Below, piece by piece: positions 1 to 12,152 of a stretch of 64,000 nt of DNA; position 1 is the first letter of the stretch; each line of letters opens with the position of its first letter. This DNA comes from Blepharisma stoltei ATCC 30299 (lineage: Eukaryota; Protista; Ciliophora), in contig CBFDEM010000038.1 in assembly GCA_965603825.1 (NCBI GenBank), positions 248,001 through 312,000 on the forward strand, given 5' to 3'. The translations under genes and the position numbers were made by a program. A model generated the notes under the pieces. The model made no database searches, was not told the origin of the DNA, and saw only the letters and a program-made list of their open reading frames with translations.

Positions 1-762
1 ACCCTTATATATGAGAGGCAAAACACAGTGAACACCACAATTGTACCACTAGCAACAACAAATAAGCCTAACCGAAGGCTTCTGTTAGACTATTACGCTA
101 ATGAAAGCACGAAAATGCCGGATGAGATTAAAAAATATTATGAAGCGATTTTTGCCCAAGAAGAACTTGAAGTTCCTGACATTGACCTTGAACATGTTTC
201 GTTTGACTTGAAATCAATTTACAACTTTAAGCTGATTTTGAATTTTTTTCAAAATATCCGTATTTTAAATCTTGGCTACACAAATATTACATCTTCAGAT
301 TTAAAGAGGATATATAAGCCTATCGAAAGTTTAGGTTTATTAGAAACTTTATCGTTGAAAAATAACAAAATTGATCCTTCCGGTGGGGAATATTTGTACA
401 AAATTATTAAACACCTATTTAATTTGAAAAACCTTTATTTGCACAATAATCAGCTTGGATGCGAAGGGCTTATTAAATTTTGTGGAGGATTACAAAATCT
501 GAGTAAGCTTGAAAAGCTCACTCTAGATAATAATAACATTCAAAATGAGGGAGGATTTAAGTTGCTTGAATCAATAAGCAATTTGAAAGAACTAGCTTGT
601 ATTGGTCTCAGTGAAAATGAGCTAACGTCAGAAATCGGAAAAACACTTGTAGAAGCTGTAAAAAACTTCCCAAAGCTCACAGTCCTCCGACTTGAGAGCA
701 CAAAGCTGCACCCCAAGTATCTAATGATTATTGAAAATCAATTAAAACACACAGTTAATTAA
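1..762 (+). CDS. Leucine-rich repeat protein (RNI/NLRC3-like), 5' partial
   Basis: Repeated LxxLxLxxNxI units (LETLSLKNNKI, LKNLYLHNNQL, LEKLTLDNNNI); frame is open to the window edge. Confidence 0.8.
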   Translation, partial: TLIYERQNTVNTTIVPLATTNKPNRRLLLDYYANESTKMPDEIKKYYEAIFAQEELEVPDIDLEHVSFDLKSIYNFKLILNFFQNIRILNLGYTNITSSDLKRIYKPIESLGLLETLSLKNNKIDPSGGEYLYKIIKHLFNLKNLYLHNNQLGCEGLIKFCGGLQNLSKLEKLTLDNNNIQNEGGFKLLESISNLKELACIGLSENELTSEIGKTLVEAVKNFPKLTVLRLESTKLHPKYLMIIENQLKHTVN

Positions 763-805
763 TAAAAACATTTTCCCATAAATTTTTCAATTAAAATTAA
801 TTAAA

Positions 806-1273
806 ATGCAAAGAACTGCTTATCATGATGTTATGCCGAAAACCCTTTATTATAGAACTAACGGCACAGGCCGCGACACTTATATTGCATATGATAACGG
901 AGGCGTTTTTCAATCTACTTCAAAGTATCCTAACAGCCAAACAGGAAAATATTGAATAAGGCCAAAATCGTCATATTCACGACCTTCTGCAAAGTCGTTA
1001 AGATATTCTTCAGATGGGTCTGGAAGGGATAGCTATGTAAAGTATGGGGATGGAGGGCTTCATGCTGCAAGCACGCCCAGAGACTCTTTGTCTACTTTTA
1101 GAGAAAGCTTAAGGAGCAACGATTGCATCACGATGAGAAAAACGATTTCTGACCCTTTTTCGTGGGCACAGCTGACTTGGAGCGATAATAGAACAAGAAG
1201 CATTAGCAGAGAGAAGAAAAGAAGGGTTCAAGATTGCGTTGAGAGACTTTACTATACTAAAAGAAGTCGCTAA
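806..1273 (+). CDS. Small basic protein with two GxGRD(T/S)Y..xGG repeats
   Basis: ATG 806 is in frame with ORF 1088-1273 through one TGA(Trp); repeats NGTGRDTYIAYDNGG and DGSGRDSYVKYGDGG. Confidence 0.7.
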
Positions 1274-1483
1274 CTTATAAAATTTTCAAGATGGATGCGT
1301 TTTCTCGAATATAAATTTTTTGATGTGATAATTATTTTGTATAATATGCATATTTTTACTGTTATAATATAAGCACAAACAATAATTATCATAGAGAATT
1401 TATCAAGTAGATTCTTTATATATCTATATTATTTTGCATCAAAAAAATTACTGCAGTTTTACGCTGTTAAAAATAAAAAAGAC

Positions 1484-2824
1484 ATGTCTGAGAAACCATT
1501 TAAAGGATTTACTTATGGGAAAGTCAAAGAAAAAAGTAACCAACCTAAAGTACAGCTTGAGTTTATGAATTTGCTACTTGAAATAGTTAGTAAACTGCCG
1601 CAAAAGATTTCACTGAACATCCCAGAAACTATTATTTATGGCTGCGGAAACCAAGACCCACATATGATTTTTACAAATGACTTAGGCCATTTGATATCTA
1701 TCAAAGCATCCAAAACCAGCTTGTAATCTTTATTCAGAATCCATCGATTTTTTAAAAGGTGCTACTATATGAAAAGAAATCCTTTTCCAGCTATAATATA
1801 TAAATATGATAAAGGGAGTTTGATGGATTCTTGTAAAGCAATGATGAGTGCTAAAGAAGGCCTTAAACTGTGAAAAACAAAAATAACAGCACAAGAGCCA
1901 ATTTTAATTCAAAGATATATACCGCCTTGCGCGATGTATACATCCAAAGTTCGAGTATTTTATGCTCCTGCAAAAGGAGTTGTGCAATGCAAATTAATGA
2001 GGAATAGAGTCAGCATTAATGGAGAAGTGCTTAACAGCGTTAGAGGGACGCCAAAGAGTAAGAGATTTATCGTTCTTGAGGATGAAAATCAGCAATCTGT
2101 TAGTAATGATGAAAAATTTTTGGTCAAGAAATCAGAATTCTTAGCTATTGATGAATCAGAGATTCCTTCTAATTCGTCGATAAACAGTCAATTAGAATCT
2201 TTAAAAATGATAATTGAAAAAGCAAATTTGTACGGAAAAATCAACGTTTTGGAAATATTGGCTGATTTTATTCAAGATTGTGATGAAAATTGGTATTTCA
2301 TCAATATGATTGGAGCCAAGACTGAAAAATTGATATCAAGAATCAGCCCAGCATTTTATCGCGAAAATAAGCATTCTAAGTCGATAAGCACAGAAGCTCC
2401 GTCAAAATATTCACTTCCTACAAAAACTTCTTCTCCTTTAATTATCCTCAATTCTTCTCCGCCCACAAAAACCCCAGGAGTTCGAATAAATCAAAATTTA
2501 TCGCTAATTGCCGGTCGCCGATCTTTAATGACTAACCCTTCATTTGCTAATCATAAAAGAACTCCCGAGAGCACACCTATAGCAAAAAAGAGAAAATCTC
2601 ACAGCTTTACAAATTTATCTGCTGAAATTATCAAAGAAAGTTTACTCCAAAAAAGCAGCGTATCAGTGCTAAAAAATGAAATTATTAAAGATTTATCATT
2701 TCTCTCAAAAAATAGGTCTTTTTCCTGCTTACCATCAAAACACAGAAAGCAAGCCACCCGAAATACTATTGCAAAATCTCATAAGGCCCGAACTCTTAGC
2801 AAAAGCTTTGAAGCTCTTTGCTAA
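1484..2824 (+). CDS. Hypothetical protein, possibly ATP-grasp-like N-terminal half, Ser/Lys-rich tail
   Basis: ORFs 1484-1726 and 1934-2824 join through a 15-nt intron (1723-1737) and one TGA. Confidence 0.65.
1723..1737 (+). other. 15-nt spliceosomal intron
   Basis: gtaatctttattcag; removal deletes an in-frame TAA. Confidence 0.8.
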
Positions 2825-2921
2825 TTTGTTTTTATATTATATGAGCTTAAATGGCATTTTCCTATGGAATTATCATAATTATAAATGAATCTAATTAATG
2901 CAGAGACTGCAAAATTAAAAT

Positions 2922-4103
2922 ATGGAGTATGGGCCAGCAAAACAGCCTAAGCAATCTCTAGATCTGCTTGACTTTTCAAGAGATAATAAAAGGCAGCTAT
3001 CTTTAAATGTTTTTAAATACCCTACTGCATTTTCTCAAGTAATTTCACTGTCTCCAAACACATATTCTTGTGTGTCAAGTCCGATAAGCAAATCAAGTCA
3101 TAAAAGAAACCTCAGCGATTTTAGCACTGCATTTTCTCAAAATGAGGCCGACCCACCTGCTAGAGATATAGATCGAATAATAGAGAATTGCGATAAAATG
3201 CAAAATACACTTGTGACGACTTGATCTGACTTGAAAAACTCATTTCATATCAGGAGCAACAGCTTAGGTGAAATAAAATATGATAAAAATTTAGTAATTG
3301 ATCCAGAACTTGCAAGGGCTAAGAAAAAATTTATGACAATAAAACAAGGAGTTACTGATCCAAGCAGTGAAATGATAAGAAAAATCAAATCAATACTATC
3401 AGTTTCAAATTTAACTACAGATAATAAAACCGCTGAATCAACTCTGAGACACTACTTAACTAGAGATGATTTATCAAACACAACAACAGCAAAATTGCTT
3501 TCAAAAAATAAGAGGCAGTTTGGAAAACCTTTTGATAAAGGCGTCAAAATGACCAATAAAAATCACTCTTCTTCTCCAAGAAAAATTCCCATTAATAATG
3601 TTTGTCCTGAGTTGACAGTAATTGAAGACATAAAATTGTTGAAAAAACAAGAAAGTTTTAAGCATCTTGATATAAAAGAAATCAAATTAATAAAGCCTGA
3701 AACCGTTGTAGAAAAAGCAGATGAAGATATTATACTTTATAAGTTTTATAAAGCCCCAACAGTGTATAAATATGCAGTTGACAAAATTTTAAAAGAAAAG
3801 CCGAATATTCCTAATGAAATTAATAAAAGCAAACAAAAAACAATCAAAAAGAAAATTAATAATTATGAAGAGTTATTAAATAACTTAGAAGCTACAAAAA
3901 GTAAAACTATAAGCCCTAAAAATAAAACAAGCACACGCCAACTCAAAAGGGTTAGCAATATGACTGTAAAACTTACAAACAGAAAGATTAAAGATGATAA
4001 CATCTTTCAAGATATAAGAAAAAAATATAGCGAAGATATCGAAACTAAGAAAAAAATTCACGAAATGTCCAAACTAAATACCCATCACTTAAGAAACTCT
4101 TAA
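2922..4103 (+). CDS. Hypothetical Lys/Ser-rich protein
   Basis: ORFs 2922-3224 and 3231-4103 are in one frame, separated only by a TGA. Confidence 0.65.
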
Positions 4104-4324
4104 TTTTAATTAACTTTAACGTATAGATCGGGTATATGATATGAAATCTCACCTGCTCTAAGCTCATCACCTAACGAATTAGCTCGCCTAGTATAACTTC
4201 ATCAGTCTTAAATTTCCATTTTTTTGGATTACCTATATAATAACTGTCTGTCTTGCCAGTCAGAAAATTCGGCACTTAAGAGCCTCTATTCTTTAATTTT
4301 TACTCTATTTAAAAATAATTTTTC

Positions 4325-5926
4325 TTATTTCCCTTTTTTCTTGGCTTCAGCTTTTCTCTTTTCAGCAGCAATTCTTGCTTCCTCTTCTTCCTGCTGTCTA
4401 AACCTTATTTCTTTCCTCATTCTAATCATATTTTCTTTAGCTTGATTCAAAAAATCATCGCCAAGTTCCAAATTTTGTGCCTGCTTCACCAGCGCATCAA
4501 GTACATTTACCTGTGCAATTAAAGCAGTTAGCTGTGCAGCCCATTCAGGGATATTGAATTTTGGTTCTTTTTTCTTCTTTTTTGGAGGCTCTTTTTTTTC
4601 TTCAACTTTCTTTATAGGTGCTCTTTTCCTTGGATCCTGCACAACAGGTTCTGGGTATTCTCTCATCGGATAGTCTAAAAAGGTCCTTAAAATTTGATGG
4701 GCATGAATATTTTCTTTCATGCGAAATATTAAATCAGAAGCATTTTCTCAATATTCTGGAGATACATTATTATCTATTGCTTTTTTATTCAAAGTTTCTA
4801 AAATAGCTACAGCTTCATCAGTAGCATTTGCAAGAGAAGTAATAGCTGTCTGATGCCTTAAGTTTCTTTCTGCCATTAGTCTGTCACTTTCAGCTTTAGC
4901 TTTATCAATAATTCTTGGATCTACTGCAACTCCTCTATTAGCAGCATCTTCTAGCATTTGTCCAATTAAATATACACTTTTTTGGATGGTTTTGTAGTTT
5001 TCGACATAGCTTAGGCTTGCTAAAAATTTTTGGATTTCTCCTTCTGTTCTTAATCTTTCGTGCTCTACTTTTGCCTTGTAAAGAAGCTTTACATCGATAT
5101 CATATTTCCCATTTTCTATATCTTTTTGGACTCTGTCAACTTGGTCAAATAAATTTGAGTCTATTGCGTCGTTTAATTCAAGCTCCTTTTGCTCAATTTG
5201 ATTATGGCAATCTGTGCAGCGGCAGACTGGTCGCTCTTCTTCTTTGCTTTCGTTTGTTAAATAAAGCCAGGTAGAGACCTTGCAGTTGGCACAATAATAT
5301 TTTTTGCAAACTTGACATAAGTAACGATTGTTGTGAATATCAAAAATTGATGAACATTTTTTGCATTTTTTAGCTTTGACTGCTGAATTTATCATTTCTT
5401 TTAAATGAGGGTCTGAAGTCAGATGAATTGGCATATGGCCTCTTGAATTTTTGTGCTCAGCACTGACACCAAAAGCTAAAAATGTTTCTAGAATATCACT
5501 TCGACCTCCGGCTACAGCTTGATGAATACAATTATTTCCAAATTTATCTAAGTCTAAAGGAGAAAATCCTTTTCTCATGAGAAGTCAGACTGTTTGAATG
5601 TGGCCGTTGAATGAAGCCCAATGGAGAGGACTTGTGCTGCCTACACTTTCTTCTTCTTCACTTTGCTGGGGCTGGTGAATCGTGGCACCACTTTCAAGAA
5701 GGACTGAAACGATATCAGTGAATCCTTGTGAAGAAGCCCACATAAGTGGATTTCATTGCTTTTTATCTAGATAATTAGGATCTGCTTTTCTTTTTAGAAG
5801 TGAAATAACTGATGCATAATCTCCATTCGCTGAAGCTTTTATTAAAGCTTTTCCTAATTCATCAGGATCTTCTTGGACCTCTTCTTCTTCGTATTGGCTT
5901 CCTTCATAGTCTTTGCTTTCTTCCAT
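4325..5926 (-). CDS. Ankyrin-repeat plus degenerate FYVE-type zinc finger protein (~533 aa)
   Basis: Ankyrin motifs W(TGA)NPLMWASSQG, SPLHWASFNGH and CIHQAVAGG; eight-Cys finger CKKC..CQVCKKYYCANC..CTDC; three TGA read as Trp. Confidence 0.8.
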
Positions 5927-6190
5927 TTAAGTTAATAGGGATAACTGCTAATAATTATTTTTGTGAAATTTCAGGAAACAATAGATGAAATATTCTTTAT
6001 AATGAATTAAGTTTTAGTCAATTATTATAATTATTTAGCTTAAAATATAAGTTTATTTTAAATTCATTAAATTGCATTGACAGCTGCAGCCATTAGCAGC
6101 GAAATCTTTCTTATCTTTTTTTACGATTAAATTTTAATATTAATTATTAAATTTGATGCCTGATAATATAAGTTTCAATTAAATCTGTTG

Positions 6191-7372
6191 ATGGAAGAAA
6201 ATAAAAACGCCTTATTTGGTGCTCTATCCAAAGCTCTGAGTGCTAATATCCACAAGCCCAGCATGTTCTTAGAAAAACTTCCAGCAGGTTCTCCTCCTAC
6301 CCGCCAACGTGTTTACGAACTTCTTTCAAAAGACCAGCGTATGCTTGCATTTGACTTTTTATCCTCTATAACCACAACCACTCCCCGTAATGAGTATATT
6401 GACGCTGTTTTATTCGCAGCTAGATTTCTTCTCGGTAATCAGCTTATAAACGAATGTTATATTTTCCTAAAAATCTGTCAAAGTCACCTCGAAAAAGTAT
6501 ATGGTGAGCCTATTGATTACTCATTAGTTGAAGAAATTGGAAACATGTTTTACTTGACAGGCCAATGCAACGAAGCAATTAAATGGTATGAAAAACTCAT
6601 GGAAATGAATGAAGCTCCAGAAAGCAAAATGTATTTTAATATTGGAATGTGTTATCAAGTGCTGGGAAATGTTTCTCAAGCTATTGAAGCTTATTTAAAA
6701 AGCACTCTTGCAGATTCCAGATTTACAAAATCATGGGTAAATTTGGGAAGCTGCTATTTACAGATTGGAAAAGGGGATAAAGCTATAACGGCGTTTCAAA
6801 ATTTGCCTCTTTCGGCTGAAAGTTTAACTTGTATAGGAAACGCTTACTTTAAAATGGGAAATTTTGAGGAAGCAATTGCTCATTATTTAAGAGCGATCGA
6901 AATTAAAGAAGAGCCGGGAACTTATAATAATCTTGGAGCTGCATTAAAAAAAGTTGGGCTTTTGCAAGACGCTATCTACGCATTTAATGATTCTTTAGCT
7001 TTACAACCAAATGCAGATGCAGGAACAAATTTATTGATATTATATATCGAAACTGGGAAATTTACGGAAGCAAATTCACTTTTCAGAAGTATTGCAAGGA
7101 TATTACCAGCAAATGAATCAAAAATGATCTCAAAAATACTTGATGAAAGAAAACCAGCAGCAGAAAGAAGAAGCACTATGCTTGTTAATAAAGTAGGAGA
7201 AGGGTTGCTAGGTAACATTTTAGCTCCAGCTATGTCAAGAAAGCAAACTTCAATGAATCCTTTCAATCAATCTTTGAGTCCTCAGAATTCTAGATCTCCT
7301 AAGCCTCAGAAATCCCCAGGGATGAGTAGTGGAAATATCTTTGGCAACGCTCTTAGTAAAATTAAAAGATAG
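6191..7372 (+). CDS. TPR-repeat protein
   Basis: Multiple TPR consensus units (IGNAYFKMGNFEEAIAHYLRAIEI, YNNLGAALKKVG). Confidence 0.85.
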   Translation: MEENKNALFGALSKALSANIHKPSMFLEKLPAGSPPTRQRVYELLSKDQRMLAFDFLSSITTTTPRNEYIDAVLFAARFLLGNQLINECYIFLKICQSHLEKVYGEPIDYSLVEEIGNMFYLTGQCNEAIKWYEKLMEMNEAPESKMYFNIGMCYQVLGNVSQAIEAYLKSTLADSRFTKSWVNLGSCYLQIGKGDKAITAFQNLPLSAESLTCIGNAYFKMGNFEEAIAHYLRAIEIKEEPGTYNNLGAALKKVGLLQDAIYAFNDSLALQPNADAGTNLLILYIETGKFTEANSLFRSIARILPANESKMISKILDERKPAAERRSTMLVNKVGEGLLGNILAPAMSRKQTSMNPFNQSLSPQNSRSPKPQKSPGMSSGNIFGNALSKIKR

Positions 7373-7430
7373 TGGGAATTTTTAATTAAATTATTCAATT
7401 AATAATTTAAATTTGATAGATATAATTATC

Positions 7431-10400
7431 TTATACAAAACTGTCATCTGGAATCACATACTCTTTCGTGAAAATTGGGATCCTCAAGTCTTCAAACTTA
7501 AGAAAGTCCAATGGGAACTCCACCAAAAATCCTCTTATCACATCTTTAAATTCGTTGTACTTTTCAGGATGAGCCTCATTCTCAAAATCAGGAATTTCAG
7601 CTATTGAGGTAATATAATCGTCAGGATAGCATCTAAATAATTCTCTATATAAATTTGTGTTTCTGGCAGCTGTTGATATTCATTCATTTGTAAATTGATC
7701 TGATAGTGGATCTCTTAAAAGCTCTTCGCTTTCTACCCCGAGATGCTCTTTAAAAATAGAAGTCCTTAATGTATATGCAAACTGGGAAACAGCTCTTGGC
7801 TTTCCTGCCAAAGTGCTTTGGATTTTGGTTTTATCAGTCACAATCATAGCAATCTCAGAGTCATGGTTTCCTAGCTGGCTTCTGTCATTTATATTAGCAC
7901 TTCCCATCAGGACAATGTCATCATCAACAATCATAAGCTTGCTGTGGACATATACAATTTCAGTAACTGGCCTATCTCCAAGAACTGCATGAGCTCTTAG
8001 CCCATAAAATCTAATATAATCAGCTGGGTCTGAGATATTTGGATCTCTCCTTAGCTGCTCATAGATAGAATTTTGACCTCTACAAATAGTTTGGTATTCC
8101 CAATGCAGTTGCACTCTTAGAACTGAAGCTGAAGAGTCATCAACTGCACCTTCAAACCCAGGCAATAAAGGTAAAACTACAATTACTTTAAATGGCTCTT
8201 TTTTATCGGCAGCAATTTTAATTCTTTCTACCAAAGCTTGTGCTATTTGATTTTTCACAGTTTCTCCAGCAGTGCTAGAAATAAAAAACTGATTTTCTAT
8301 ATAAATGAAATGGTCGGCTTGGTCTATAAGATTCAAATAAGCAGTGTGAATAGAGTGCTCAGTTTCCTCAAGCCCTAATGATCACAGTCCAGCACTTCTG
8401 AGCAACTGGCAATCACAAGTCCCAGTTTGTCCTAGTTCTTTTATTTTTGGTAAAAGCAGCATTTTTGAGAAATTTTCGTCTCCTTCAATTTGTCCATCTT
8501 CAATTTCTTTCATCAGTTTTTCTTCATCAGCCATTTCAATTTTTTCTCTTTGTTTGCGCTGGAACTCAAAATCAATATTATGAACTGTGCTTCTTCTTTT
8601 TAATACTGTAGGTTTCTCATTATCAATATCTTGATTTTGTAGCAAGCTGTTTCTTTTGTCGTTTTCTGTTGTTTTCATTCTTTTAAGAGCTTCTTTTTTA
8701 TCGACTGCAACTGCTGTTCCTGGGTTTAATTCTGAATTCATTTCCATTCTTTGATTTAAGAACTCTACATTGATTCTTTTCCCGTTAACGTTAAATGAGC
8801 TTCTTCTATGTGAAGCTCTTCTGTTTTCTGCTATTTCTTTAAATGTCTCTACGGCTAGAGATAATTTCTTCTCACGGAGCACTATGACAGGCTTTTTTGT
8901 TTCTTCTTCTCCTTCTGATGAACAACTTGAAGCTGACTCAGAATCCGATTCTTTGCCACGCTCATTTATAGTTGGAGAATGGGCTGGCTGCAATAAATTT
9001 TTATTTTTATGATATCCAGTTGTTATGTCGGTCATAACGTGGTTTCACAGCTCAATAAAATGCAGGCCTATGTCTGCAGCTGATTTTCCGATAACTCGTA
9101 GTGCTACATCATGTCATGGCATTCGTGGATTTATTTCTCTATTTATTAAGTCTCTATTTCAGTTCTGCACCTCATAGAAATCAGAAATTCTAGCATTGGA
9201 GTAGTCAATTCCATTAAAAATATGTTCATGGTCGACTAAAGGATGCTTATTTGTGTCATATCGTCCATAGCATAAATCCAGCCCTCCCATAAAGGCAATT
9301 TCTTGGTCAATGCAGACAATTTTTTCATGATGAGACCACAAAAATTCGCCACCTACAACAGACCTATGTGGATGCCTGATTACTTTTATGTTTGGATTTC
9401 TTTGTAATAGAGTTGTTTTTGTATACATAGAGTTCAGTGTCAATGCAAAGGTCACTTCTTTATATACATGAACAAATACAGAAACACCTCTATCAGCCAG
9501 CATCCCTAATAATTCCACCACCTTTGACTTTTCGTATTTCTTGGCAGGTCTTTTTAAATACAGATCAGGACTAAGTCACCAATCAGAAATAAAAACCTCA
9601 CGTTTTGCTCTTTTCAAATACTCACAAACTTCGTTAAAATACATTTTCCCATCCACATATCACGTGACCTCGTTTTGTTCTCTCAATGGAAATGACGAAT
9701 CAAACCTCTGTTCAGACCTGTTTCATTCAGATTCATTATAAGCTGTTACTATAGCTTTTACCCATTCATCCCTTTTCAAAGGAGATCCAGCTCTAAATAT
9801 GAAGGTTCTTCTCAGTGTAATTATTTTTACACCGTCTTCATACCCTGTGTCTTTTTCTCCATATAGCACTTCGAACCTACCCTTAAACATCAGGACTTCG
9901 TTTAAAGAGCTTTTTGTGTTGCTTTTTAAGTACCCGACCATGTCATTTCTGATTATCATTCAGCGCTTTTGAAGCCGTTTGCAGTATTTCGCGCAGTTGA
10001 AGATTCGGCGCTCGTTACCGATCTGTCCTCCTGTTCTTTTGAAGACATAACCTTCTTTTCACTTTTGTTTGACTCCTTCGAAGGAAAGAGAACTGACTTC
10101 GAAAAATTCCCAAAATTTTGGATTGCTGATTGTGTCTCTTTGCTGGGAAAGGTCTTTTAAGTATGCTTCTAGCCTTTCTAATTGCTCTTCTAAAGGCTCT
10201 TTAGAGAAATTTTCTATATTTGGCAGTCTAGGTACAGACGCTAGGTTCCCTTTCTGCATTTCTTTTAGCAGATTTTGATGAAGATCTTGGAATTCTTGGA
10301 TGCACCGATTGATGGTCCACTCATAAACAGGAGCATCTTTCCTCTTTTGGTATTTGATTTTAAATGAATAATTTAAGTGTTTGCTATTGATTGAAGAATT

Positions 10401-10514
10401 TGATGAGCAGTTTTCCATGTATTTAGCGTCTGCAATGCTTAGGCCAAGCTTAGATACAGTCGGGGCAAAATTTTCAAGCCCAGGGCTATCATCTGCATAA
10501 AAAGATGGTTGCAT
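7431..10514 (-). CDS. PLD: Phospholipase D, PX-PH type with two HKD motifs (~1027 aa)
   Basis: HHEKIVCID and YVHSKLMIVDD..GSANINDRS motifs, IYIENQFF, C-terminal LVEFPLDFL; one open frame once ~10 TGA are read as Trp (ISDW[W]LSP, PRMP[W]HD). Confidence 0.95.
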
Positions 10515-10954
10515 TATAGAATGACGTCCAAAAACAGCTAGAAATGAGAATTAATGAAAATTTATTTAAAGCCACAATCTTTTCTATAATAATTGGGAAT
10601 GATATATCATGGGTTATATATATTACAGTCCAATTTAGATCTTTTAGAAGATGGGGTCTGAAAAACTCACAATATTAAAGCAATGGACTTTTTAAAAATT
10701 ATATTTATGATTGCATGCTAGCATTTTACCCTAATATACTAGCATTATTATATAGACGAATATAAATTATATAATATATCTATGCTAAGCTATTGCATTG
10801 ATTAATGATTGCATGGCTTTTAAGGTTCTTTCTCTGTTTTCGTTTTACAGCTAGGCTGAATGAATGTAGTTATATTTCACAACTTCTTAATTTCTCGACA
10901 ACTCTAAAATTCCATTTGCTATATATGCATGAACACTTTTTCATTTTCAACTGA

Positions 10955-11025
10955 GGTTCTATGGTGTAGTGGTAGCACGTAGGACTTTGAATCCTGAGAT
11001 CTGAGTTCAATTCTCAGTAGAACCA
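10955..11025 (+). tRNA. tRNA-Gln (anticodon UUG)
   Basis: Cloverleaf: acceptor GGTTCTA/TAGAACC, D arm GTGT/GCAC, anticodon arm TAGGA-CT TTG AA-TCCTG, T arm CTGAG-TTCAATT-CTCAG; followed by TTTTT (Pol III terminator). Confidence 0.95.
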
Positions 11026-11070
11026 TTTTTGCTTAATCAAAATATTTATCATGGAATTTATTTAATTCAA

Positions 11071-11898
11071 TTACGGTCTTCCAATTCTCGAAGTCCCATC
11101 ATTTTTAAAGAACGCTTCTCTTGCCTTTGCTTTTCTTTCCATTTCTTCTCTTTCTTTCAACGAGTCTTCCTGCTGTTTCTGTAGCATCGCTGCTCTTTCT
11201 CTCCTCCTTCTATCCATTTCTTCTTTAGAAATAGCTTGGGTTTCTATTGACTGTGAGCTTCCTACAATGCTTGCCTTCTTTGCTAATTCTTCTCGTTCCT
11301 GAATTTCTTTAATTTCATGCTCATCTCCTTTTTTAATTAAAAAACTTTTTGGAGGCTCTTGATGAGCTTGCTGTTCTCTTGATTGCTGAATCATCATAGC
11401 TTTGAAAACTTCAAAGAGCTCCATAACATTCAGCTGTTGGCCTTGAGGATTGTTGTGATGCTGCCGATCAGCTTGAGTTAAAGGAGGTAAATCTTCGTCT
11501 AGAATGGCACGGGCATTTTGGATTTTTTCTGAGGCAGCTTCGAGCTTTTGCTCTGTAGATCTGAGCAAGAATGAAATCCTATGCAAATAAGTAAATTCGT
11601 CAGTAGAAATTCTGCCTTGCATTTGCATAAAAGCAGCTAGGTTATAGAGCCCGTCAGCGGAGAATTCTTTTGGGAGAAATGTTTGAGGCTCTGGGGAGGG
11701 CTTTGGGGGAGTTTGATCTGGTGCTGGAGATGAAGGGATTTCTGGATTCGAAGTTATAGGAGATTGAGGAGGAATTAATGGTTCTTGTATAGATTGAGGT
11801 TGTGGCTGCTCTTTAGTTTCTTCAACTGTGACAGCTAATCTTTCTTCTCTATTTTCATTGCTATCTAAATCCATCTGCTCGTTTTGTTCTTCTGACAT
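11071..11898 (-). CDS. Hypothetical protein, Pro/Glu-rich N-terminus and coiled-coil C-terminus
   Basis: Uninterrupted 275-aa ATG-TAA ORF. Confidence 0.75.
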   Translation of the reverse strand: MSEEQNEQMDLDSNENREERLAVTVEETKEQPQPQSIQEPLIPPQSPITSNPEIPSSPAPDQTPPKPSPEPQTFLPKEFSADGLYNLAAFMQMQGRISTDEFTYLHRISFLLRSTEQKLEAASEKIQNARAILDEDLPPLTQADRQHHNNPQGQQLNVMELFEVFKAMMIQQSREQQAHQEPPKSFLIKKGDEHEIKEIQEREELAKKASIVGSSQSIETQAISKEEMDRRRRERAAMLQKQQEDSLKEREEMERKAKAREAFFKNDGTSRIGRP

Positions 11899-12152
11899 CT
11901 TTAACTAATTATAAGCTGATTTGTATTAACTTCCATTAATTGGCAAAAATACTATATTTATCATTATGTGGTTAAAATTTAGAATATTTTTGCATCAGAA
12001 AAATTTTACTGAAGTGAGATACCAGCGAAGAAGGAAATCATACCAAAAATTTTATAAATGATATAACCTGGGAATTGTTTAATTTTTCATAATTAAGCAA
12101 TGCATACAAAATATTATAAAAAAATTTGATGAAGAAATAAGAAAATGAATTT

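Noticed and set aside
2821-2921. Intron or IES joining the genes at 1484 and 2922
   Set aside because: No GTA..AG 15/16-mer, and excision at the ctaatt direct repeat does not restore a frame; treated as intergenic
9114-9578. TGA as selenocysteine or cysteine
   Set aside because: The TGA sites align to invariant Trp and exchange with TGG; they are too frequent and sit in non-redox proteins
7431-10514. Fragmented ORFs interpreted as pseudogenes
   Set aside because: Nearly every break is a TGA at a Trp position or a consensus 15-nt intron; frames and catalytic motifs are intact
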